Of a DNA stretch of 64,000 bases, positions 15,478-24,043 are shown piece after piece (position 1 is the stretch's first letter; each line of letters opens with the position of its first letter). A model generated the notes under the pieces. It was not told the origin of the DNA. It ran no database searches and saw only the letters and a program-made list of their open reading frames with translations. The DNA is from an uncultured Bacteroidota bacterium. GTDB taxonomy: Bacteria > Bacteroidota > Bacteroidia > UKL13-3. The translations under genes and the position numbers were made by a program. The stretch is taken from assembly GCA_903910445.1 (NCBI GenBank), contig CAIVZR010000014.1, positions 48,432 through 112,431 on the forward strand. Direction: 5' to 3'.

Positions 15478-17139
15478 CTATTGATACTTAAGTATCAAAG
15501 CCTTGTTCAAAGTTGAAGGTCGTGTGCTCTGCAGGAGGAAGTTGACTTTCAAGTTGGTAACATGATATGAAGGAAACTCCTTCAAAACCTGAAATCGAGG
15601 GCTCCTATTCATTAAATCTTTTGCACCGCCTTCATCGGTATAAACTAAAACACCAGATGGTAGTTCATTGATCTTTTCTTGATCGAGCGTTGCAGGAGCC
15701 TTGCCTGAATAGAAATCAAGAGCAAAACCGGTGGCATTAAATACCATTACCTGATTCGAAGGAATTTCCTGCTCCCGAAGCCATTGACCGGCGGCGCTGG
15801 TAGATTGATATTTTAAAATATTGGGGTAAAAGTTCAGACTTAATACTAAATTAAAAGCAATTGCCATTAAAAGTGTTGGAAAAATAAGCTGAGGAACTCC
15901 ATCTAATTTGCGATAGAAAAGCCAAATAGAACAAAGCATTAAAACACAAAATAGTGGAAGAGAAAAATTTGATGGCGAAAAAAAGAAAATAAAATTAATT
16001 CCCAATAAGATAAAGAACAAATGAATTATTACCATTTGAAATACAGCGAATCGGGCAACATTTCGGGTTGAAATAGACTGTAGAAAATGAGCAACCAAAA
16101 TAGAGGCGAAAGGGAAAATGACGAAAATATAATGCGGTAATTTATAATTCGACATCGACAGCATCAAGAATAATAATGCAAAAGTTGCAATTGATGTAAA
16201 TTCGGGTAATATCGACGATCTGAATCGATTGCGAAAAAAGTTGATTGCATAGTATCCAATAGCAGCAAAGAGTAAGAAAACCCATGGTTGATAATCCCAT
16301 AAAATTGTTTGAAGGAAAAAGGTAGCGGGTGCATGATTATTCCAATAAATTTCTCCAGTGATTCGTCCAAAACTTTGCGTCCAGAAGAAAAACCTCAATC
16401 CTGATGGGCCGTGTAAATCATAAACTATTTTTCCTGGGTGCAAATCGAACTGCGTATATAACCCATAACACATTGGCAATAACGCAATACCAATAACTAC
16501 TGCTAAAAGAACCCATTCCCATCGAAAAATATTTTTCCATTGCTTCTTTAAAAGAATGTCGGCTCCAAGTGCTATCCCAATCCCAATAAATGCAATGGGA
16601 CCTTTAGCCATCAATGCCAAGGCGGTTGCTAAAGCACCTAAAATTAAGTATTTGAGTTTTTGACGTTGAAGAAAATTGGATAATAACCAAACTGCGACAA
16701 TGACCCATGCAGTAAGCAATCCATCAGTTCGTACATCGTTTGTCATTAAAAAATAAGCTTGAGCAGAGCCTAGAATTAGAGCAGCATATCGGGCAGTTTC
16801 CTTAGAATAATAAAGACGCGCAAACTTATATGTACCAAATAAACCTAGGAATAAAGAAACAACCGCGAAAAATTTATAACTAAAATTACTAATTCCAAAT
16901 ATGGAAAAAGAGATACAATTCAACCAAAATAAGAGCGGTGGCTTATCAAGATAATCCTGCCCATGTTGAAATACTTGCAAATAGCTCTTCGATTGAAACA
17001 TCTCCATTGATATGGATGCATATTGTGCTGCATCCACTTCCATTACATCAATAAACATATTGGTAATATGTACACCAAGCAATGCAAATAATACCAAAGC
17101 ATATTTATTCTTTAATAGTATTTCAAACCAATTTTTCAT
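15478..17139 (-). CDS. Glycosyltransferase family 39/83 (ArnT/PMT-like) polytopic membrane protein
   Basis: It has about 12 predicted TM helices. The N-terminal pattern (DxxEVDAAQYASISMEM...DKPPLLFWL) resembles the ArnT / dolichyl-phosphate-mannose transferase fold. Confidence 0.7.
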   Translation of the reverse strand: MKNWFEILLKNKYALVLFALLGVHITNMFIDVMEVDAAQYASISMEMFQSKSYLQVFQHGQDYLDKPPLLFWLNCISFSIFGISNFSYKFFAVVSLFLGLFGTYKFARLYYSKETARYAALILGSAQAYFLMTNDVRTDGLLTAWVIVAVWLLSNFLQRQKLKYLILGALATALALMAKGPIAFIGIGIALGADILLKKQWKNIFRWEWVLLAVVIGIALLPMCYGLYTQFDLHPGKIVYDLHGPSGLRFFFWTQSFGRITGEIYWNNHAPATFFLQTILWDYQPWVFLLFAAIGYYAINFFRNRFRSSILPEFTSIATFALLFLMLSMSNYKLPHYIFVIFPFASILVAHFLQSISTRNVARFAVFQMVIIHLFFILLGINFIFFFSPSNFSLPLFCVLMLCSIWLFYRKLDGVPQLIFPTLLMAIAFNLVLSLNFYPNILKYQSTSAAGQWLREQEIPSNQVMVFNATGFALDFYSGKAPATLDQEKINELPSGVLVYTDEGGAKDLMNRSPRFQVLKEFPSYHVTNLKVNFLLQSTRPSTLNKALILKYQ

Positions 17140-17150
17140 TTTGATAAACC

Positions 17151-18101
17151 TTAAATATTTTTTATTTTTATTAGGAGATTATTTAGAATACCATGATACA
17201 TCTGATTATACACGGGTGTTGGAACACCGCACGCTCTCCCCGATTGAATCACAAATTCGGTGAGCACTTCTAATTCTATAGGTTTTTCTGACCTATAATC
17301 GCGAAGCATAGAAGTAAGACTTCCAATAGGCACCTGATCCATTTTATTTAGGGTGGCAACTTCCATATCATCTCCAAGATTAATATTTTTTGCCTTCGCA
17401 ATAGCCATCAACTCGTTAATCATTTTAATAACTAAAATACGATGCTCACTATTGCCTAGAACCTCTGAAATACTTAAATCGAGTTTTGTTGTTATCGTTG
17501 CTAAACTTGAAATGAAAACAAATTTCTTCCAAATTATTTCTTCTATATTTTCCGCATGCTCGAATACAATTCCTGCATCCTTAAGGAGCCTCGCAAATTG
17601 CTGATGCTTCTCATTACCGTTGGTTAGTGATCCAAAATACAATTTTTGATTTGAGCCTTTTACCAAGATTACACCTTTTGAAATGATACTTGCAACAATA
17701 TAAACACAACCTTCCCAAACCTCAGCCTGAGGATAAACACGGCGAATTATTTGAGAAGCATTTACCCCATTTAGCAAAGGAAGTATCACGGTGCTGGAAG
17801 TGATGGCATTTGATAAGGAATTTAATGCCGCTTCCAATTGATACCCCTTGGTGCAACAAATCAAATAATCGAGGGGCCTACAATTTGATTCATTAGTAAT
17901 AATTTCTGCAGGGTTAACAATCGTCTCGTGGTCATCTTCCACTATTTTCAACCCCGCCTTTTCAATCATTAGGCCTGTTTCAGGGCGAACTACAAACACA
18001 ATTTCCACCAACTCCGACTGATGGAATTGCTTTGCTAACATCCCTCCATAATAGCCTCCAACACCTCCAACACCTAAGATTCCTATGCGGATTTTTGCCA
18101 T
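17151..18101 (-). CDS. panE: 2-dehydropantoate 2-reductase (ketopantoate reductase, ApbA/PanE family)
   Basis: N-terminal Rossmann fold MAKIRIGILGVGGVGGYYGGMLA. Its length (316 aa) and C-terminal domain are typical of PanE. Confidence 0.75.
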   Translation of the reverse strand: MAKIRIGILGVGGVGGYYGGMLAKQFHQSELVEIVFVVRPETGLMIEKAGLKIVEDDHETIVNPAEIITNESNCRPLDYLICCTKGYQLEAALNSLSNAITSSTVILPLLNGVNASQIIRRVYPQAEVWEGCVYIVASIISKGVILVKGSNQKLYFGSLTNGNEKHQQFARLLKDAGIVFEHAENIEEIIWKKFVFISSLATITTKLDLSISEVLGNSEHRILVIKMINELMAIAKAKNINLGDDMEVATLNKMDQVPIGSLTSMLRDYRSEKPIELEVLTEFVIQSGRACGVPTPVYNQMYHGILNNLLIKIKNI

Positions 18102-18171
18102 AATTTAATTTGATTACTAACGTACAAACTTATTAGTTTTACTTTAATACTATGAATAAGTTTATGCCAAA

Positions 18172-18522
18172 CTAAAAGGCGTCTTTAAAATGACGTAATT
18201 CCTTTTCAAGAATACTAATTGAGATAACATCAAATCGAATAGGATAAGAAAGTTTTTGCTCTTGTTTAAAGGCATAACCGCCTTCACGAAGTAATTGTTC
18301 TTTTTGTTTTGATATAGAAACCTCTGGAAAACCAAATTGATTACTTTTCCTGCTTTTCACTTCAACTACAACCAATTCATTTTGATCTAAGGCAAGGATA
18401 TCGATTTCAGCCCTTCCCGAGCGATAATTCCTTTTAAGTATAGAATAGCCCAATGAAAGCAAATGAGAAACTGCAAGTTCTTCTGAGGCCTTCCCTTTTT
18501 GGGTATTCGTAAGTTTTTTCAT
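18172..18522 (-). CDS. yraN: YraN-family (UPF0102) predicted endonuclease
   Basis: GKASEELAVSHLLSLGYSILKRNYRSGRAEIDILALDQNELVVVEVKSRK matches the YraN signature. Confidence 0.75.
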   Translation of the reverse strand: MKKLTNTQKGKASEELAVSHLLSLGYSILKRNYRSGRAEIDILALDQNELVVVEVKSRKSNQFGFPEVSISKQKEQLLREGGYAFKQEQKLSYPIRFDVISISILEKELRHFKDAF

Positions 18523-18575
18523 AAAATAAAAAACCCTTCCGAATCGAAAGGGTTTTAAACAAATTGAAATTTATA

Positions 18576-18971
18576 TTATTTGTGAGCCGGAGCTTCAGGT
18601 TTCGTTTCTTCAGGTTTTGCAGTTTCTGGAGCGGTAGTTTCTGGCTTTGCTTCTTCAGCATTTGCACCTTCAACTTTTTTCTCTTCTACTTTCCCCTCTT
18701 CATTAGCAGTGGTGGCTTCCGATTTGTAAAACAAATTTTCATCACTGTCTTTCAAACCACGTTCATGTTTAATTCTCCATTCTTCTTGCTCTTCATTTTG
18801 AACAAAGCCTCCAGCATATTTAATTCCGGGAACCAATCCCAAAATGAGAACAGCAATGGTTAGCATCAATGGCCAAATTTTACCAATAGCTAGATTATGG
18901 TTATTGTCCTTTAATGGCATGAAGTTAACGCTATTATCGTCGTGTGAATCGTGTTCTGTGTGATGTGACAT
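18576..18971 (-). CDS. Small membrane protein with His-rich N-terminus, one TM helix and an acidic Glu/Lys/Pro-rich C-terminal tail
   Basis: MSHHTEHDSHDD... TM helix IWPLMLTIAVLILGLVPGI. The tail ...EEAKPETTAPETAKPEETKPEAPAHK is a repetitive PE(T/A)xKPE unit. The ORF-track N-extension (MWMFL...) was dropped in favour of the ATG at 18969-18971. Confidence 0.4.
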   Translation of the reverse strand: MSHHTEHDSHDDNSVNFMPLKDNNHNLAIGKIWPLMLTIAVLILGLVPGIKYAGGFVQNEEQEEWRIKHERGLKDSDENLFYKSEATTANEEGKVEEKKVEGANAEEAKPETTAPETAKPEETKPEAPAHK

Positions 18972-19074
18972 GATAGTAAATTTAAAAGTTCGGGGGCAAA
19001 GATAAAATTTTTTAGGTTTTAAAATAATGAATATTCCCAAAAACATCCACATTTTAAAAGTGCTGCGAAATGAG

Positions 19075-19767
19075 CTATAACGAATTCATTGAAATAAGAT
19101 GATCAACCAATTTAGGCAACCCAATTGATGCTGTACTTGCATCGTACTGAAAACCACTTAAATTTATCGAGGGTGGCATTCTAGGGTCGACAAGGAATTT
19201 CATTGCACTCGGTTGTGCATAATGTACCAAGCTTGCTGCTGGATATACCTCTAGTGATGTACCTGCTACAATTACAATATCGGCATCTTCACAATACGGA
19301 ATAGCTTCTTCGAGTTTTGGGACCGCTTCACCGAACCATACTATATTTGGCCGAAGCTGACTACCCAATGGACAATGGTCGCCTAAATTAAGTTCGTTAC
19401 CAAGAATATCGAATATTGCGCCATTTGCAATACTTCTAGATTGTCGGATACTCCCATGAAGATGGATAATATTTTTACTCCCTGCTCTTTCATGCAAATC
19501 ATCAATATTTTGAGTGATAATTATGGTATCCTTGAAATGTTTTTCAAGCGTAGCTAAAGCGATATGACCCGCATTAGGTTGCGCGTTGGCAATACCGATT
19601 CTACGCTGATTATAAAAATCGAGAACCAAAGATTTGTTTCTCTCCCATGCTTCCGGGGTTGCTACATCCGAAATCTTATATTGTTCCCACAATCCATTTT
19701 GATCACGAAAGGTGCTTAAGCCACTCTCTGCGCTCACACCCGCTCCAGTTAAAATGGCAATCATCAT
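19075..19767 (-). CDS. cobB: NAD-dependent protein deacylase (Sir2/CobB family)
   Basis: GAGVSAESG...FR...GLW, QNIDDLHERAGS, HLHGS, and a Cys-containing Zn module. Confidence 0.85.
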   Translation of the reverse strand: MMIAILTGAGVSAESGLSTFRDQNGLWEQYKISDVATPEAWERNKSLVLDFYNQRRIGIANAQPNAGHIALATLEKHFKDTIIITQNIDDLHERAGSKNIIHLHGSIRQSRSIANGAIFDILGNELNLGDHCPLGSQLRPNIVWFGEAVPKLEEAIPYCEDADIVIVAGTSLEVYPAASLVHYAQPSAMKFLVDPRMPPSINLSGFQYDASTASIGLPKLVDHLISMNSL

Positions 19768-19826
19768 GAAGTTGAGTTACAATTTTCAATAAGGAGTAAT
19801 AACGCTCCAATTAAAATCATCAGTTA

Positions 19827-20414
19827 TTAAATATTTTCCGAGGCAAACATGAGTTCTTCTACAAGCTGACAAATGATATGTCCGGCTAAAATATGGCTCT
19901 CCTGAATTCGTGGCGTATCGTTGCTTGGAACATTAATTAGAAAATCGCATAAGTCCTTCATCTTCCCACCAGTACTACCCGTAAAACCTACGGTAGTAAT
20001 TCCTTTCTCACGTGCAACTTCCAGTGCGTTCATCACATTTTTTGAGTTTCCAGAGGTGGAAATCCCAACGATAATATCACCTTTTCTTCCGCATCCTTGG
20101 AGCATGCGACTATAAATAACATCATATGAATAATCATTGGCAACAGCAGTAACAAAAGATGAATTAACATGCAATGCTTCAGAGTACAGCGGTGCTCTAT
20201 CTGTATAAAATCGACCTGAAAGTTCAGCGGCAAGATGTTGTGCATCGGCAGCACTACCACCATTTCCACACCATAACACTTTATTGCCGGCTCGCAAACA
20301 GGCAACCATCGACTCAGCAATCTTTGTCAGTTCGGATACAAGGCGCTCATTATTCAAGAACTCTTGTTTTACTGCAATGGAAGCAGCGATAATGTCTTTT
20401 ATTTTTTGACTCAT
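19827..20414 (-). CDS. gmhA: D-sedoheptulose-7-phosphate isomerase (SIS domain, GmhA)
   Basis: NKVLWCGNGGSAADAQHLAAEL, GISTSGNSKNV: GmhA SIS motifs. Confidence 0.85.
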   Translation of the reverse strand: MSQKIKDIIAASIAVKQEFLNNERLVSELTKIAESMVACLRAGNKVLWCGNGGSAADAQHLAAELSGRFYTDRAPLYSEALHVNSSFVTAVANDYSYDVIYSRMLQGCGRKGDIIVGISTSGNSKNVMNALEVAREKGITTVGFTGSTGGKMKDLCDFLINVPSNDTPRIQESHILAGHIICQLVEELMFASENI

Positions 20415-20423
20415 GATAAATTC

Positions 20424-21308
20424 CTATTTAAATTGAGAGGCAACAACAAGTTCTTTACCACCTCCGCTATAATCATAAAAACCACTGCCGCTCTTTACTC
20501 CCAAGCTACCACTGGTAACCATATTTACGAGCAATGGACATGGGGCATATTTTGGGTTTCCAAATCCTTCATGTAACACATTGCAAATAGCCAAACATAC
20601 ATCTAAGCCAATAAAATCGGCCAATTGTAATGGTCCCATTGGATGCGCCATTCCTAGTTTCATCACCGTATCAATTTCTTCAACACCTCCAATTCCTTGA
20701 AATAATGTTTCGATAGCTTCATTAATCATTGGCATTAAGATACGATTAGAAATAAATCCAGGCATATCGTTGGCCACCGCAGGTACTTTTCCTATTTTTT
20801 TTGATAATGCAACAATGGTATCTGCTACTTCTGCACTTGTTTTGAATCCCTTAATAATTTCAACCAATTTCATCACCGGCACTGGATTCATAAAATGCAT
20901 GCCAATAACTTTATCAGGGCGATTGGTTACTGATCCAATTTTAGTAATTGGAATCGATGATGTATTGCTTGCGAGGATACACGATGGCTTGCAAATAGAG
21001 TCTAAGCTTCTAAAAATATCAAGCTTGACATTCACATTTTCTGTCGCTGCTTCAATCACCAAATCGGCATCTGCGGCGCCAATCGAAAGATTATCAACGA
21101 AGGTCAAATTGGCAAGCGTACTTGCTTTGATTTCTTCGCTGATGCTTCCTTTCGCTACTTGACGATCGAGATTTTTGGAAATGGTGGCCTTCGCTTTTTC
21201 AAGAGCATCAGCCTTCACATCAACTACATTTACTTTGTAATTATTTTGTGCAAAAACATGGGCAATTCCATTACCCATCGTGCCTGATCCAATAACAGTG
21301 ATATTCAT
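20424..21308 (-). CDS. hbd: 3-hydroxybutyryl-CoA / 3-hydroxyacyl-CoA dehydrogenase
   Basis: MNITVIGSGTMGNGIAHV Rossmann fold. The C-terminal 3HCDH domain contains (GFISNRILMPMINEA). Confidence 0.85.
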   Translation of the reverse strand: MNITVIGSGTMGNGIAHVFAQNNYKVNVVDVKADALEKAKATISKNLDRQVAKGSISEEIKASTLANLTFVDNLSIGAADADLVIEAATENVNVKLDIFRSLDSICKPSCILASNTSSIPITKIGSVTNRPDKVIGMHFMNPVPVMKLVEIIKGFKTSAEVADTIVALSKKIGKVPAVANDMPGFISNRILMPMINEAIETLFQGIGGVEEIDTVMKLGMAHPMGPLQLADFIGLDVCLAICNVLHEGFGNPKYAPCPLLVNMVTSGSLGVKSGSGFYDYSGGGKELVVASQFK

Positions 21309-21381
21309 TGGGCGAAATTAATCAATAGAATTTAAAAATGAGCACCTAGTTACAAGGAAGAATTCAAAATTATTTGTTGTC

Positions 21382-21756
21382 CTATTTTGATACTCGCTGC
21401 CTAAGTTCCTTAATCATCATGGCCTCATGCAAATATTGGAATAGGATATCTTCATCCAAATCTGAGGGAGTTGAAAATTGAAGATGCCTAATATATTTTC
21501 CCTTCATTGGAATAAAAGCATCTGATTCATTACTCATCAGCCCCCCATCAACAAAGCCGATGACCACCTTTTTCTTTTGAACTGCGAGGAATAGTAACAT
21601 TCCGTAATAGTCATAAAATGGGCAATTGTAACGTATCCGTTCAGTGATTTTAGGATTCGATTGAAGAATATGAAATCGAAGCATTTCCAATAATTCAGAA
21701 TGCTCTGGAAAATAATCTAGGTAAGATTCGACTGAATAGAACTTAGGTAAGGACAC
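21382..21756 (-). CDS. DUF1801 (YdhG-like) domain protein
   Basis: 124 aa. The fold signature is ...ITERIRYNCPFYDYYGMLLFLAVQKKKVVIGFVDG. Confidence 0.55.
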   Translation of the reverse strand: MSLPKFYSVESYLDYFPEHSELLEMLRFHILQSNPKITERIRYNCPFYDYYGMLLFLAVQKKKVVIGFVDGGLMSNESDAFIPMKGKYIRHLQFSTPSDLDEDILFQYLHEAMMIKELRQRVSK

Positions 21757-21759
21757 GTA

Positions 21760-22026
21760 CTATTTTCTTTTTAGTTTTTCGTACTCCTTCTCGGCGCTCC
21801 ATCCCAAATCTGTATGATAGGCTTCGAAATATTGCAGAGCAATACCAATGCCCCATCCCATTAAAGGCCAAACAGGCCAAGGGAATATCATCAATTCATT
21901 GGAACCACTTGTGCAGTACCAAAGAATCCAAAAAAAAGTGTTCATCACAAGATATACGGCAAAATGCTTTTTGAACTTTGCGCGCTTTTGAGCTACTCGC
22001 CAAAGGTTTTCGTCTTTCTCTTCCAT
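21760..22026 (-). CDS. 2TM domain-containing small membrane protein
   Basis: 88 aa with a basic N-terminus and two TM helices (FAVYLVMNTFFWILWY / WPLMGWGIGIALQYF). It is 3 bp upstream of the DUF1801 gene. Confidence 0.55.
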   Translation of the reverse strand: MEEKDENLWRVAQKRAKFKKHFAVYLVMNTFFWILWYCTSGSNELMIFPWPVWPLMGWGIGIALQYFEAYHTDLGWSAEKEYEKLKRK

Positions 22027-22111
22027 GAAGCTTATAATTGTTTAATTTGCAAAACAAAGATAGGATATTTAAGGAATAAAAATATTCGTTCAAAAGCCCT
22101 TTTCAAAATTC

Positions 22112-23251
22112 ATGCAGCCTCCATTTACAATCATCATTTTGGCATTTAATCGCTTGTATAGCTTACAGAGATTAATGATTAGCTTGATTGAGTCTGCACG
22201 TTCCTTTAATGCATCCTCACCTATTCCAATAACGATTAGTTTAGATCAGGATGCTAGCTCCGATGTAATTCGTTTCTCAGAGAATTTCTATTCAAGGTTT
22301 TATAATATTTCTATTATAAAGCAATCTCAAAAAATGGGACCCGACCAGCATAATTTGTGGGCTATGCAACAATCCGAATCCTTAGAGAATGTTATGATCC
22401 TGGAAGATGATTCCATGGTGTCACCTTCCCTGTTTTTTTACAGTACTTCAATCTTATCAAAACTCGCTGAGGACCCCAAAATTGCAGGATTCAGCTTGTA
22501 TGATTATGAAAGAAATGAGGTTGCCAATTGCCCATTCATCAAGTTAGATGATGGGAATGATATTTACTTTTATCAACGCGCCTCTTCACGTGGAATGATA
22601 ATTTCAAAAGCCCAATGGCTCCGTTACAAATCTTGTAATATAGACTATATAAGTATTGACCTGCCGGCATTTTATCATCGTTGGGACAATTCAATTTGGG
22701 AGAAAAATTTCAATGCTTATTTAATTCAGGAAAATCTGTATTGGGTATTTCCTCGACTCTCTATTACTACCAACTTTGGTGAGCCTGGGGCACATATTAG
22801 CAAAAGTATCTATAGGCATGCTTTTCAAAGCAAGTTGTCAATTGCAGTAAAATCAGAATATAAACTTTGTAGTATGCTCGAAAGCAAGGCTGTATACGAT
22901 TCTTATGGTGAACCGCGATGCATCCAAGGATTTTCCACCGGTGAGATCACTGCTGATATCTTGGGAATAAGAAAGCTATCATTGATAAAAACTAAATATG
23001 TACTAACGGGCAGGCAATCTACCAAGCATATTGAAGGTTATTCGTTAGATTTAACCCCCCCGGAAATGAATGTCATCAAACATCTTAGAGGTGATGAATT
23101 AAAAGTTACTGAAACTAAATTCATATCGGAAAACTATCTATCCAGAATGAGATGGCAGTTAAAGCTGCACTACTATTTTTATCCTGACCAAGGATTATTA
23201 CATTTGCTACGAATAAAGCTAATGGAAATTGCACATCGAATATTGAAATAA
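22112..23251 (+). CDS. Hypothetical protein, possible GT-A fold glycosyltransferase
   Basis: The N-terminus [21 protein letters not shown] plus [10 protein letters not shown] (a DxD-like EDD) are reminiscent of GT2-like enzymes. This is a weak assignment. Confidence 0.35.
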   Translation: MQPPFTIIILAFNRLYSLQRLMISLIESARSFNASSPIPITISLDQDASSDVIRFSENFYSRFYNISIIKQSQKMGPDQHNLWAMQQSESLENVMILEDDSMVSPSLFFYSTSILSKLAEDPKIAGFSLYDYERNEVANCPFIKLDDGNDIYFYQRASSRGMIISKAQWLRYKSCNIDYISIDLPAFYHRWDNSIWEKNFNAYLIQENLYWVFPRLSITTNFGEPGAHISKSIYRHAFQSKLSIAVKSEYKLCSMLESKAVYDSYGEPRCIQGFSTGEITADILGIRKLSLIKTKYVLTGRQSTKHIEGYSLDLTPPEMNVIKHLRGDELKVTETKFISENYLSRMRWQLKLHYYFYPDQGLLHLLRIKLMEIAHRILK

Positions 23252-23264
23252 ACCTAAGATTGAT

Positions 23265-23957
23265 ATGAGTAAAGTTGTTGAAAATGCCACTGCCGCAATC
23301 CGTGACATACAAGATGGAGCCACTATAATGCTGGGCGGCTTTGGATTGTGCGGAATCCCTGAAAACTGCATCACCGCTTTGGTTTCTCAGGGAACAAAAA
23401 ATTTAACGTGCATCAGCAATAATGCTGGAGTTGATAATTTTGGCATTGGACTATTACTGCAAACCAAGCAAGTTAAAAAAATGATTTCTTCCTATGTTGG
23501 CGAGAATGCTGAGTTTGAACGCCAGCTTTTGAGCGGAGAACTTGAGGTGGAACTCATACCTCAAGGCACCTTAGCTACACGTTGTATGGCTTCAGGATAT
23601 GGAATGCCCGTAATTTACACGCCGGCAGGAGTAGGTACCGAAGTCGCAATAGGAAAAGAAGTACGTAATTTCAATGGCAAGGAATATTTAATGGAATATG
23701 CATTTGATGCTGATTACGCCATTGTAAAAGCATGGAAAGGCGATACTGATGGTAACTTGATTTTCAAGGCTACGGCTCGAAATTTCAATCCATTGATGGC
23801 AATGGCAGGAAAAATTACCATTGCTGAAGTTGAAGAATTAGTTCCTGCAGGTGCACTCGATCCCAATTACATTCATACTCCTGGAATTTATGTACATCGC
23901 ATTTTTCAAGGCATTAATTATGAAAAGAGAATTGAGCAAAAAACTATTAGAAAGTGA
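23265..23957 (+). CDS. scoA: Succinyl-CoA:3-ketoacid CoA-transferase subunit A (ScoA/AtoD family)
   Basis: The match is strong and full-length ([16 protein letters not shown]...[16 protein letters not shown]-like). No subunit B follows. Confidence 0.85.
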   Translation: MSKVVENATAAIRDIQDGATIMLGGFGLCGIPENCITALVSQGTKNLTCISNNAGVDNFGIGLLLQTKQVKKMISSYVGENAEFERQLLSGELEVELIPQGTLATRCMASGYGMPVIYTPAGVGTEVAIGKEVRNFNGKEYLMEYAFDADYAIVKAWKGDTDGNLIFKATARNFNPLMAMAGKITIAEVEELVPAGALDPNYIHTPGIYVHRIFQGINYEKRIEQKTIRK

Positions 23958-24043
23958 GCATCAATAGAATAACAGATGGAATATTTATGTGGCTTGAATA
24001 TTAGCACAATACCAATCAATTGTATTTAAACATCAACAATATC

